A DNA stretch of 64,000 bases. Origin: Nitrospirota bacterium (lineage in GTDB: Bacteria; Nitrospirota; UBA9217). Each line of letters begins with the position of its first letter. Position 1 is the first letter of the stretch. The position numbers and the translations under genes are program-made. The notes below the pieces were generated by a model. It was not told where the DNA came from. It did not search any database and saw nothing but the letters and a program-made list of their open reading frames with translations. This document shows, in pieces, positions 10,305 through 20,127 of this stretch. The DNA is taken from assembly GCA_963754875.1 (NCBI GenBank), contig CAVWHO010000016.1, forward strand, positions 32,001 to 96,000, written 5' to 3'.

Positions 10305-10976
10305 CTATCGAAGCCCCGCGAGATAGCTCGCAAGGTCGTCAAGATCTTTCGGGGCAAGCTTTGCAAAGCCCGGCATGATGGATTTTGCATTATGCGATTT
10401 CGGGTCCCTGAGTTGGGCCTCGATCCATGCCTTGTCTCTCCTGCTGCCGACCTTAGTGAGGTCCGGCCCTACGGCACCGCCGACACCGTCCAGCAGGTGG
10501 CATGCGGAACATCCCTGGGCCTTGTAGACCGCTTCGCCCGGACTGCCGGAGGTCACTGCCGTGGCCAGGAGGGGTTTCGGAGGCCAGTTGTTCGTATCGA
10601 TGCCGTTCACCCAGGTGAGGAAAGCGACCACATCAACGACCTCCTGGTCCTGAAGATGAAGGTTCGGCATCTTCCTGGCATTCGGCCATACTTTCTCAGG
10701 GTCTTTCAGAAATCTGGTGACCCACTCGGCGTCGCGAGAGCTCATAACTTTCGTAACATCAGGAGCATAATAGCCTCCGATGCCGAGAATCGTGTGACAG
10801 TCATTGCAGTTATATTTCTGCCAGACCCACTTGCCCGCGACGACGTGAGCATCCAGCTTCTCCTCCTGCGTTCTCTTCGGCATTTGCACCAAAGAGTCGT
10901 AGGTGAGGGCCAAAAATATCACGGCCGAGATCACGGTACCCCAGATAAAGACTGCTTTTGCCTGCGACAGAGTCAT
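10305..10976 (-). CDS. norC: Nitric oxide reductase cytochrome c subunit, di-haem
   Basis: N-terminal TM; CNDCHTILGIGGYYAPD...MP; second CSACH...GPDLTKVG...MP domain. GGAGG RBS. Directly upstream of norB. Confidence 0.9.
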   Translation of the reverse strand: MTLSQAKAVFIWGTVISAVIFLALTYDSLVQMPKRTQEEKLDAHVVAGKWVWQKYNCNDCHTILGIGGYYAPDVTKVMSSRDAEWVTRFLKDPEKVWPNARKMPNLHLQDQEVVDVVAFLTWVNGIDTNNWPPKPLLATAVTSGSPGEAVYKAQGCSACHLLDGVGGAVGPDLTKVGSRRDKAWIEAQLRDPKSHNAKSIMPGFAKLAPKDLDDLASYLAGLR

Positions 10977-11029
10977 GACTCCTCCTTTCGACTAAAGGAA
11001 TTTAATCCCCTTTTTCGCTCCCTGTTATA

Positions 11030-11166
11030 GCCCGGATAGGTATCTATTCGCATCCTGGCAATTACTGGTCCCGCATTTTGCCCCGACCGACTACCGTGGA
11101 CTTTTCGTCAGCGTTAAGTTCGAACACGTGAGGGCAAACCTCGGCACAATGATCGCAACCGATGGA
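11030..11166 (-). pseudogene. Decayed single-cluster ferredoxin
   Basis: Hand translation SIGCDHCAEVCPHVFELNADEKSTVVGRGK / CGTSNCQDA / IDTYP across two frameshifts. No start codon; first and last Cys positions read Ser and Tyr. Confidence 0.7.
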
Positions 11167-11174
11167 ATGCCGCC

Positions 11175-11219
11175 ATTATATTTAGTCCTTCACCAATAGG
11201 TTATGATGTATATCATAAC
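11175..11219 (-). promoter_or_regulatory. Class II Crp/Fnr-family-type promoter for norCB
   Basis: Perfect palindrome GTTATGAT-gtat-ATCATAAC (11200-11219), centred about -41.5 relative to TATAAT at 11175-11180 (minus strand). Confidence 0.65.
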
Positions 11220-11282
11220 AGAAAAGGGAAGGAACCCCCTGAAACCCTCCCTGCCCTGGTCGTACCTGTTCAATTCTGATCA

Positions 11283-13831
11283 TCATTCCAGAAATCTACG
11301 GAAGAACCACTGCTTGGTCCCTTCCACGGCAAAGAGGTAGAAAAACACGAGACCGGTAAGGATCAAATAAAAGGACAATGGCGGTTCTACAAACCCGAAG
11401 TATCTGCCGAGCGGCGTGTACGGGAATATGACGGCAAGCAGTACAACCGTGAGAGAACACAAGGTAAGCCAGAAGCTCGGACGGCTTTTGAAGGGGTTCC
11501 TGCGGGTCCGGATAATGAAAATGACGAGCACCTGGGTCGCCATGGACTCGACGAACCATCCGGTATGAAAAAGCTTTTCCCCGGCATGGAACACATGAAG
11601 CATGATGTAGAAGGTCAGGAAGTCGAAGAGAGAACTGACCGGTCCCACGGCCAGCATAAAATTTTGAATGAACTTCATGTTCCAGTGCCGCGGGTGGGTA
11701 AGGTATTCCTCGTCCACGCTGTCGAGCGGGAATAGGGATTTCCGATACATCGTACAGGAGGTTGTTCAAAAGGATCTGCACCGGCAGCATGGGCAGGAAC
11801 GGCAGGAAGAGCGTTGCTCCGGCCATGCTGAACATGTTGCCGAAGTTGGAGCTTGTTCCCATGGCGATGTATTTCATGATATTCCCGAAGGTGCGGCGGC
11901 CTTCTACCACGCCTTCGTAGAGCACGTTCAAGTCCTGCTCCATCAGGATCATCTCAGCCGATCCCTTTGCCACGTCCACGGCGCTGTCCACGGAAATCCC
12001 TATGTCGGCCGAATGGAGCGACGGTGCGTCATTGATGCCGTCTCCCATATATCCGACGACCCTGCCGCGCTGCTTCAAGGCAAGAATGACCCGGTTCTTT
12101 TGCGTAGGGTTCACGCGGCAAAAGAGATTCACGTTCTCTACGCAGGCCGCGAGCGCCTGATCGTTCATCTCCTGCATTTCCGTGCCGGTCATTACGCCGA
12201 TGATCGGGAGGCCGAGCTGCTCGCAGATATGCCGGGTCACGAGTTCATTATCGCCGGTCACCACCTTGATCGCCACGCCGGCCCGGGTGAGCTTTGCTAA
12301 TGCTTCTTGAGCGCTCTTCTTCGGCGGATCGAGAAAAGCGGCGAAGCCGGCAAAGACCAGTTCCGTTTCATCGTTCACCACGGCATGATGCTCGGTTTGT
12401 TCTATTCGCTTCCAGGCAACGCCGAGCACCCGGAAACCCTCGCGCGCGAGCGATTCCGAGAGCGCCTGGACCCGTGCCAGGCTGGACTCGTCCATCGGCT
12501 TGAGATTGTCATCACGGTCCTCCTCATAATGAGTTGAGAGCCGGAGGATGTCCTCGGGTGCGCCTTTTACCACGAGGAGTCTCTTCGCACCGTTATCAAC
12601 GATCACGGAAACCCGTCTACGCTCGAAATCGAAAGGGACCTCGTCGATCTTTTTCCAGGAGGTGATGTCTATCTCTTTGTGCTCGAGGATGGCGTCGTCC
12701 ATCGGGCTCCGTAGCCCTGATTCGAAAATAGCTGTTCAGAAAAGCAAGCTCAAGAACACGGCTGCTTTCGCGGCCGAGGCCGTCCACGTGGCGCTCGAGC
12801 CGGATGCGCGCCTCGGTGAGCGTGCCGGTCTTGTCCGTGCAGAGCACGTCCATGCTCCCCAGGTTATGGATGGATTCGAGCCTTTTGACGATCACCTTCT
12901 TCTTTGCCATGCGCATGGCGCCCCGCGCCAGGGTCACGGAAACCACCATGGGAAGGAGTTCGGGCGTGAGGCCGACGGCAAGCGCCACGGCAAAGAGGAA
13001 TGATTCGAGCCATGGCCGGTGGAAGTAGGCGTTGACGAGAACGACAAAGAGCACGAGCAGGATCGTGAAGCGCATGATAAGAAGCCCGAAGCGCTGGGTG
13101 CCCTGCTCAAACGAAGTGGGAGGAGCCTTTGTCGTGAGCGTGTCCGAGATCTCGCCTAACGAGGTGTTCGGCCCGGTGCGACAGATCAGCACCGTCGCAG
13201 AACCGCTGACTACCGACGTGCCCATGAAAACGGAGTTGACCGCATCAGCCATGTCCTGTCCTGCATCGGGCAGGTCGCGCGAAAACTTTTCAACAGGATA
13301 GGATTCCCCGGTCAGGAGCGCCTGGTTCACAAAGAAGTCCTTTGCCGCAAGCACGCGACCGTCCCCGGGGATCAGGTCTCCTGCCGCAAGAAGCACCACA
13401 TCCCCCGGCACGAGCGATGCCACGGGAATTTCGATGCTCTTCCCGTCGCGCAGGGCCTGGACGCGGATGGCGACGGACTGGCGCAGCTGTTCTGCAGCCT
13501 TGCCTGCCCGGTGCTCCTGGACAAAGTCCAGGGTCACGCTCATGACAACGATCGCGCTGATGATCAGGAAGCTGGTCACGTCGCCGGTAAAGGCGGATAC
13601 TGCGCTGGCGACGAGGAGGATGAGAACAAGGGGGTTTTTGAACCTTGCGAGGAACTGGAGCAGGAGCGCGCGTTTTCGCGGCGGACGCAGCATATTCGGG
13701 CCGGTTTGCGAAAGCCGGTCAGCTGCCTCGCTGCTCGAGAGGCCGGAGGCGGTCGAGTTCAGTTGTTTGAGAAGTGCTGGTACGGATTGCTGCCAGAAAA
13801 GGGTTTCTGTCTTGGATGGGGAAACAGTCAT
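11283..13831 (-). CDS. mgtA: Mg2+-transporting P-type ATPase, split by two +1 frameshifts (about 12725 and 11729; probably sequencing errors)
   Basis: LTGES, AVGLTPELLP, CTDKTGTLT, VPFDFERRR, GDGINDAP, SSNFGNMFS and FHTGWFVES across three ORFs. Removing one base from each homopolymer restores NSYFESGLRSPMDDAIL and EIPIPLDSVDEEYL. Confidence 0.9.
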
Positions 13832-13934
13832 GATGCGGTTTCCTTATGTAGAGCGAGAACACGAGACGACTTATGAAAGGGCTCGTTTGCGTCGCTCCCC
13901 GGCCCACAACGCTAATACGATAAGAGAGGCAGCA

Positions 13935-14642
13935 TCAAGGCACGTCACTTTCTTCCCAGATGACTTCCTTCATATCAGGCATGGACGACAGGCGTTTGAC
14001 GATATCTGACCAGTGTTTCTGGCTTTCGTCTCCGTGATGCAGACGAATCCGGTAGGTTACCGTGTTCGCAGTGACATCCCGATGGTAATTAACGAACTGG
14101 AGGGACAGGTCGTGGTATTCGGCAAGGACGTCCTTGATGCTGCCCAAGAGTCCCTCGGTTGTAACAGCCTTCACCGAGAGGATCGTATATATCCTGCGAT
14201 GGGTAAGGGCCTTGACCGGATAGGCAAGGTAGAGACTCGCGAGGATGACGATTGTCGTAGCAATAGCGGGGACGATGTATCCTGCACCGATGGAAAGGCC
14301 GATGCCGGTTACGGACCACAGTCCGGCCGCGGTCGTCAAACCGCGCACAGAGCCCTTGCCCTTGATGATCGCGCCGGCCCCCAGAAAACCCATACTCGCG
14401 ATAGCGTACGAGGCGATCCTGCCGGGATCAAGGCGCACGACCGATTTGTCTACGGCTAGCTCTCTGAAAAGTTCTTCCATATGCAGCGAGAGCATCATCA
14501 TCAAACAGGACGCGATCCCGACGATGAGGTAGGTCCTGAAACCGGCCGCTTGCCCGTGTGATTCCCGCTCGAAGCCTATTGCGCTGCCAAGAACGCTCGC
14601 AAGCAAAAGCTTGCCGATATCAGAGAGGAGCTGAGAGTCCAT
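13935..14642 (-). CDS. mgtC: MgtC/SapB family protein
   Basis: IGFERE..GQAAGFRT, DPGRIA and GFLGAGAI..GSVRGLTTAAGLW motifs. Upstream of mgtA. Confidence 0.9.
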   Translation of the reverse strand: MDSQLLSDIGKLLLASVLGSAIGFERESHGQAAGFRTYLIVGIASCLMMMLSLHMEELFRELAVDKSVVRLDPGRIASYAIASMGFLGAGAIIKGKGSVRGLTTAAGLWSVTGIGLSIGAGYIVPAIATTIVILASLYLAYPVKALTHRRIYTILSVKAVTTEGLLGSIKDVLAEYHDLSLQFVNYHRDVTANTVTYRIRLHHGDESQKHWSDIVKRLSSMPDMKEVIWEESDVP

Positions 14643-14693
14643 GCAAAGACCTCCTTCGTATATTCGGGCTCTTTCCCGGTCCGTCTGGTTCTG

Positions 14694-15269
14694 CTATTTT
14701 TTAAACTTCTCCCGATAAGTAGCGCCGTCCTTCCAGGCATGCCCCACGTTTTCTCCCACAGACCAGAAGCGGTTGTCGGGCATGGTCAGGAGAAATGGCC
14801 TGATCTTCTTGACATCGGGCTTGCCGTCGGAGAGAAAGCGTTCCTCGGTGAAGATCGTGATTATTTCGCCGATAAAAAAGGCATTCGTAGGCAGGTCAAC
14901 GGTCTGAACAACCCGGCATTCAATGTTCAGCGGACAGGAGGTGATGAGCGGCGCCGACTTCAGTTCGCCGTAATACACTTCGAACAGTTTTGACTTGTCC
15001 TCACGTTTGGCCGAGGCGATGCCGCAGTAATCGGTCACCGCGATCATGTCCACGGTAGGGACGTTAATGCTGAACTGACCCGTTTCCCGGATGGCCTGGT
15101 TGCTGGCGTGGGTATTGCCCACGCAGATGCCGAGCATGGGCGGGTTGAAGTTAGTCCGCGTAAGCCAGTCGAGGGCCATGAAGTTGACTTTGCCCTGTAC
15201 ATGGGTCCCCAGGAGCGTCTGCGTCCAGGGCAAACAGAACAGATTCTTTTCAACGGTTATCTTGCCCAT
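14694..15269 (-). CDS. Flavin reductase / flavoredoxin-family protein
   Basis: NFM..W......PPM, FSINVP, DYCGIAS, APLI..CPLNIECRV. Confidence 0.85.
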   Translation of the reverse strand: MGKITVEKNLFCLPWTQTLLGTHVQGKVNFMALDWLTRTNFNPPMLGICVGNTHASNQAIRETGQFSINVPTVDMIAVTDYCGIASAKREDKSKLFEVYYGELKSAPLITSCPLNIECRVVQTVDLPTNAFFIGEIITIFTEERFLSDGKPDVKKIRPFLLTMPDNRFWSVGENVGHAWKDGATYREKFKK

Positions 15270-15289
15270 TTTCCCCTCCTTTGACGATG

Positions 15290-18253
15290 TTACGAGCTGA
15301 GCAGCCTGTTCAGTACTTCTTGCAGTTCACCAACAGTGTAGGGCTTTTTGAGAAATGCGACGAAGCCCTGCTCACGGTAGTTCGAGGTGACAGCGTCATC
15401 GGAGTACCCGCTCGATACAACAGCCTTTACGCCGGGATCGATCTCCGACAGCTTTCGCACTGTTTCTGCGCCGCCCATCCCGGCGCGGATCGTAAGGTCC
15501 AGAATGACAACGTCGAAAGAGTCCCCCGATCGTTTTGCCGCAAGATACTTTTCGATCGCCTCTTTACCGTGCACGGCAAACTCCACACTATGCCCAAGGT
15601 CCCTGAGCATTTCTCCGGCAACATCACGGATGACTTGTTCATCGTCCATGACGAGCACCCTCCCGCTCCGTCCCGCAGTTGCTGCTGATTTGACCTGCGT
15701 TGCTGTTCTTACTGCAGCGATCGCCGGGAGATAAATAAAGAAGGTCGTCCCCTTACCCACTTCTGACCTCACCTTGATTGAACCCGCATGGTTCTTAATG
15801 ATGGAATAGGATGTGGCAAGGCCGAGTCCGCTCCCTTTCTCCTTGGTCGTGAAATAGGGGTCGAATATCTTCGTGAGATATTGTTCCGGGATACCGATAC
15901 CACTGTCCTTGATGGCGATCTCCACGTAGAATCCTCCCTGCAAACCCGGCGGCAGATCTTTGCCGGCGGGTTGAACGTTCTTCGCCGCGATCTCCACCCG
16001 TCCACCTTCGGGCATGGCCTGGTCGGCATTCAGGATGATGTTCTGGATCACCTGACCGATCTGGCCCTCGTCCGCATCTATCTGCCGGAGCCCGGCATCG
16101 ATAACCAGGTGGTAGTCCGATCGTGAACCGCTCAGGGCGAACTTCGCTGCATTCTCGATTACCGGGTGGAGATCAATTGGTTTTTTTACCGGCTTGCCGC
16201 CTTTCGAGAAGGTAAGAAGCTGGTTCGTCAATTTCACCGTGAGGTGAAGCGCCTTCTCGGCTTCCTCAAGCGCGGCAAGGCTTTTCTCTCTGTCGTCTCT
16301 TTTCAGCTTTGCGAGAGAGATATAGCCGAAGACCCCCTGAAGTAAATTGTTGAAATCATGGGCGATGCCGCCTGCCAGCGTTCCAATGGCTTCGAGTTTC
16401 TGGGTCTTGAGACGCTCCTCCTCCAACAGGTTTTTTTCAGAGACATCTACTAAGAATCCAACAAGGCTCTGCCAGCCGTCTACCTCCATGGGAACGCTTT
16501 CGATGCTCATCCGCACGGAGGAGCCGTCCTTCCGTTTGATGGTCCTTTCCGTAGTATGCACTTTCCCCTCTGCATGGGACTGGAACGCCGAAACCGATTC
16601 CGAAAGTTCCTCCTCGGCGGTCAGTTCGGTTGCCTTGCGGGAATGGAGGTCTTGGTCGCTATAGCCGAGCATCCGGCAAATCTCGGGATTGGCGTACCGA
16701 ATCTCACTCGTCACGATGTCGGCAACCAGGATCCCGATGGGTATTTTTTCGATGATGGTCCGGAAACGGGCTTCCGAAGACCGCAGGGCATCTTCCGCCC
16801 TCTTACTGTCGGTGATGTCCCGTCCCGTGGCCTGATACTCAATGATATTTCCGTCTTTGTCGAATATCGCGCTGTGCGCCCATTTATGCCACACGACGCG
16901 TCCGTCGGGCAACACGACTCTGGCTTCAGCAATCAGAGAAGTGTTACGAGAATCAAGTGACTCGATTTGACGAATAAATGACGCCCTATCATCTTCATGC
17001 ATGAAGGGATAGTAGGATTTCCCAAGCAAATCTTCTCGCTTCATGCTGAGATATCTGCACAGCGTATCGTTGACAAAGGTCATGATCCCGCCCGGGAGAA
17101 AGCGCACAACGAACTCTGCCTGGTCTTCTACAATTGCTTTATATCGTCTTTCGCTTGCCCTGAGTGCCTCCTCCGCCCGTTTGCGCTCGGTCATGTCTTC
17201 TATCACGGCCAGGGAGCGGACAACGTTTCCGTTGGCGTCACGCTCGCCGGTGGCCGAAAGCAGCACATCCACCAGGTCGCCTTTCTTTTTGACGAACTGA
17301 TAGGAAATATCCTGCACAGCACCATCCCTGAAGAAGGCAGGCTGGACGACCTCCCGTGCGTATTTCCGAGATGCCTCGGTATAAAAATCCGTCACCGGTC
17401 TGCCGATCACCTCGCTCCGCTCGTATCCCATGGTTTTAAGCCAGTGGTCGTTGACCTCGACAAGCGTACCTGTCCGGTCGATAGAATGGAGCATCACCGG
17501 CGTGTTATTGTACAGGATGCTGAACTTATTCCTGCTCTGATTCAGCTGGTCAATGGTTTGTTTCAGCTGTTCCGCCATCTGGTTGAAGGCGCTGATGGTC
17601 ACGGCCATTTCTGCCGGACCCTGTTCAGGGATTCTTGCGGAATAGTCCCCAGAGCCGATACGATGGGCTCCAACGGCAAGTTCGACCAGGGGACGCAGGC
17701 CAAATCTTACGAACAGAGAAGTAATAGTGATGGCAAGCACCAGCGCGAGCAGTAGCACCTGCATATTCCCCACGAACATGGACCACATGTGATTTACTGA
17801 GGGCGTTGTGGTCAAATGCAGTTCAACGGTCCCATACTTCCTCGTTCCGACAACGATTGCTTCTTTTTTCGAGAACGCAGGCATAGCGATCTGCGAAGTG
17901 AACCACTGCGGAGCAATTGACGTTACCGGTTTGTCTTTCGCCGAGATGCTCTTACCAAAGGAATCTGTGTAGACGATACCAGCAATATATATGTCCTTTA
18001 CGTTAGCGTTCAGCATGTTTTCGATCGTGGCATAGTCACCGATCACCGCCTGCTCAGGGAGGGTTATAAGCAGCAGGCTCATGTCATCGTTGAGCTGTTC
18101 GTTGAGTTCCTCTATAGAGTGCCTCTTCTCATGCATCATGGACGTGAAGAGCAGCACAGCCGCGCCGATTAGCATGGCGCCGGCCATCAAGATACTAAAA
18201 CGGCCGGTCAGCCCCATGCGGTTCCATGCCCTGGGAATCAATGTCCTTTGCAT
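15290..18253 (-). CDS. Hybrid sensor histidine kinase (2 TM, HAMP, 3 PAS, HisKA, HATPase, REC)
   Basis: HAMP (RPL..L..GA..IG.GD), three PAS/PAC units, AGGIAHDFNNLL, C-terminal receiver. Confidence 0.92.
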   Translation of the reverse strand: MQRTLIPRAWNRMGLTGRFSILMAGAMLIGAAVLLFTSMMHEKRHSIEELNEQLNDDMSLLLITLPEQAVIGDYATIENMLNANVKDIYIAGIVYTDSFGKSISAKDKPVTSIAPQWFTSQIAMPAFSKKEAIVVGTRKYGTVELHLTTTPSVNHMWSMFVGNMQVLLLALVLAITITSLFVRFGLRPLVELAVGAHRIGSGDYSARIPEQGPAEMAVTISAFNQMAEQLKQTIDQLNQSRNKFSILYNNTPVMLHSIDRTGTLVEVNDHWLKTMGYERSEVIGRPVTDFYTEASRKYAREVVQPAFFRDGAVQDISYQFVKKKGDLVDVLLSATGERDANGNVVRSLAVIEDMTERKRAEEALRASERRYKAIVEDQAEFVVRFLPGGIMTFVNDTLCRYLSMKREDLLGKSYYPFMHEDDRASFIRQIESLDSRNTSLIAEARVVLPDGRVVWHKWAHSAIFDKDGNIIEYQATGRDITDSKRAEDALRSSEARFRTIIEKIPIGILVADIVTSEIRYANPEICRMLGYSDQDLHSRKATELTAEEELSESVSAFQSHAEGKVHTTERTIKRKDGSSVRMSIESVPMEVDGWQSLVGFLVDVSEKNLLEEERLKTQKLEAIGTLAGGIAHDFNNLLQGVFGYISLAKLKRDDREKSLAALEEAEKALHLTVKLTNQLLTFSKGGKPVKKPIDLHPVIENAAKFALSGSRSDYHLVIDAGLRQIDADEGQIGQVIQNIILNADQAMPEGGRVEIAAKNVQPAGKDLPPGLQGGFYVEIAIKDSGIGIPEQYLTKIFDPYFTTKEKGSGLGLATSYSIIKNHAGSIKVRSEVGKGTTFFIYLPAIAAVRTATQVKSAATAGRSGRVLVMDDEQVIRDVAGEMLRDLGHSVEFAVHGKEAIEKYLAAKRSGDSFDVVILDLTIRAGMGGAETVRKLSEIDPGVKAVVSSGYSDDAVTSNYREQGFVAFLKKPYTVGELQEVLNRLLSS

Positions 18254-18256
18254 TCG

Positions 18257-19108
18257 TCAGAATCCTTTTAGTACCGTCGTCTTGTAAAACTCACGCTGGT
18301 TCTCATAATCCTGCATCCCTGCTGCCACGAAACCAAAGGGTGGGCTTTGCTTGATCACCGCCGCGCTGGCAGCGAGGATCTTCCGCCCCTCCGGGTCCGA
18401 AGCCATACCAACGAGTGCATCGCGGACGGCCTTCACCTTCTTCCGGTTGACCCGGCGGTTGACCGCTATGGGCATATCGGAAAACTTGGAGGAAGACCAC
18501 AGTACACGGTATTTGATGTGCTCCCGCATCGCAAATTCCTGCATAACCTGCGAGTTGATTGACGCGGCAGGCACTCTCCCTGCTTTCAACTGGCCCATGG
18601 CTCCTTCCTGGTTTCCCGCGAACACCGGCTCCACGTGAATGCCTTTCCGAATCAGGGCATCCATCGTCACGGTATAAGCGACGAACGCCGTTTCGGACGG
18701 GAAAGCGACCTCCCTGCCTTTGAGGTCCTCCAGGACACGGATCGGCGTAGTATCGAGCACTACGATCTGTCCCTGGATCAATTCCTCGACAGGACGGGCA
18801 ATCACCTGGTAACCTGCCTTGGATATACGAGGGATGAAAATATGGTTCGAAAACACAAAATCGAACTCTTTCTGTTCAGTCAATCTGTCCGTTTCCTGGA
18901 CGGTTTTCCCCATCTTCAACTGAAGCACGACCCCGCTCTTTTTGCTCACATAGTCCAGAATAGGATTCCAGTATTGCGCCGTCAGCACCGGGTTTCGCTG
19001 GTTCAGAACGCCGAAGGTGTGGACCTGCTCTCCGGCGAATGCCGTACTCATGAACAGCGGGAGCAGCAATATTGCAACCGGCTTTATCATTCGTTTCGGT
19101 TTCAACAT
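18257..19108 (-). CDS. PhnD-like phosphate/phosphonate substrate-binding protein (no transporter genes nearby)
   Basis: Signal peptide ending AFA; W.PILDYVSKKSG and LEDLKGREVAFP. AAGGAAGG RBS. Stop 3 nt before the kinase start. Confidence 0.8.
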   Translation of the reverse strand: MLKPKRMIKPVAILLLPLFMSTAFAGEQVHTFGVLNQRNPVLTAQYWNPILDYVSKKSGVVLQLKMGKTVQETDRLTEQKEFDFVFSNHIFIPRISKAGYQVIARPVEELIQGQIVVLDTTPIRVLEDLKGREVAFPSETAFVAYTVTMDALIRKGIHVEPVFAGNQEGAMGQLKAGRVPAASINSQVMQEFAMREHIKYRVLWSSSKFSDMPIAVNRRVNRKKVKAVRDALVGMASDPEGRKILAASAAVIKQSPPFGFVAAGMQDYENQREFYKTTVLKGF

Positions 19109-19313
19109 ACCTTCCTTATATATACTCAGCGGCGGCTTGACCGCGGATGTCCTGCTATCTGTCCCATTATGCAGCTGGCCCTCGTGACCGTGACTGTTGC
19201 AGAACCCCGCTTTCGGGAACCTGCAATGACTGAGTAGAAATGTCATCAAACAGGATATTTATCGACAACACATGCGCGAGCGCATTCATTTAGGATCTTT
19301 GTATGATTTATTG

Positions 19314-19832
19314 CTATGGTTTAACTTGCTCGGCAAATCTTCCCCGATAGGTAGCATGACCATCGCACTTCTCAAATATAAATTGGCAAATCTTGGTGCC
19401 AGGATACAGGGCCAACGGCCCATGCCCTAAATTCACTATTTCAAGGACCTGATGGTTGGAGATGCCCGGATGCATAAAACCGGCCGTAACATGAACAGCA
19501 AGTCCATACCGTGCGAATCTGCTTCTTCCTTCAAGCCGACCGGACATATTATCGGCAAGAGTAATTTTTTCTTTTGTGATTCCGAGGATCATCTCTCCCG
19601 CTTGAATAACGATATAGCCGCCGTCTTTAACGTGAACATCCTTGGATATCGCTTGAAAGAGAGAATCATTCTTTACGTGATAGACCTTTGAATGTTTTTT
19701 AAAAATTCTGAAATCATTCCCCAGCGTCAGATCGATTGATCCGGGCCCGATCTGCGCTTTGTCCAGGGGTTCAATGATGATCAATTTATTTTTTAAAGCT
19801 TTTTCGATTTCTTTCCCGACCAATACGCTCAT
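19314..19832 (-). CDS. dcd: dCTP deaminase
   Basis: QIGPGSIDLTLG, LEGRSRFAR.GL.VH.TAG, LEIVN, ICQ. Start at MSVL (GAGAGG RBS). Confidence 0.9.
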   Translation of the reverse strand: MSVLVGKEIEKALKNKLIIIEPLDKAQIGPGSIDLTLGNDFRIFKKHSKVYHVKNDSLFQAISKDVHVKDGGYIVIQAGEMILGITKEKITLADNMSGRLEGRSRFARYGLAVHVTAGFMHPGISNHQVLEIVNLGHGPLALYPGTKICQFIFEKCDGHATYRGRFAEQVKP

Positions 19833-19986
19833 CGTTCTCTTCCTCTCAATGAATACGGCTTTTATTCTCTGCACGTGCTTCTTACGTCCATCATGAATGC
19901 CCGCTCAGTCCGTCGCGTACCTTACAGGTCCAACAACACTTATCGACAGTGTCGTCCGGGAGGTAACTACAGGGTCACGGGCTATC

Positions 19987-20127
19987 TCAGGAGGACCTGC
20001 GGTTCCAGGGATATCTTCTCTCTTTTCCTTTTCTCCGATCAGCGCCCTCGTAGTTCGGATCATTACCTTTTCTCCGGTCTTCACCTGACCTTCGGTTATT
20101 CTCTGACCTGTGTTCTTTTTTCCCCAT
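19987..20127 (-). CDS. 46-aa Arg-rich [DEN]RR-repeat microprotein
   Basis: MGKKEHRSENNRRSGEDRRKGNDPNYEGADRRKGKERRYPWNRRSS; GAGGG RBS before ATG at 20127. Confidence 0.6.
   Translation of the reverse strand: MGKKEHRSENNRRSGEDRRKGNDPNYEGADRRKGKERRYPWNRRSS

Noticed and set aside
12700..12740. Programmed ribosomal frameshifting in mgtA
   Set aside because: No canonical slippery heptamer plus stimulator; same pattern as the other homopolymer indels in the window.
6123..16420. Recent duplication of the two hybrid kinase C-termini
   Set aside because: Protein similarity is high but the DNA is clearly diverged; ordinary paralogy.
19110..19300. c-di-GMP-I riboswitch upstream of the PhnD-like gene (GAAA-capped hairpin at about 19197-19226)
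   Set aside because: Lacks the GGCAAAC / GACGCAAA junction motifs and the tetraloop-receptor stem.
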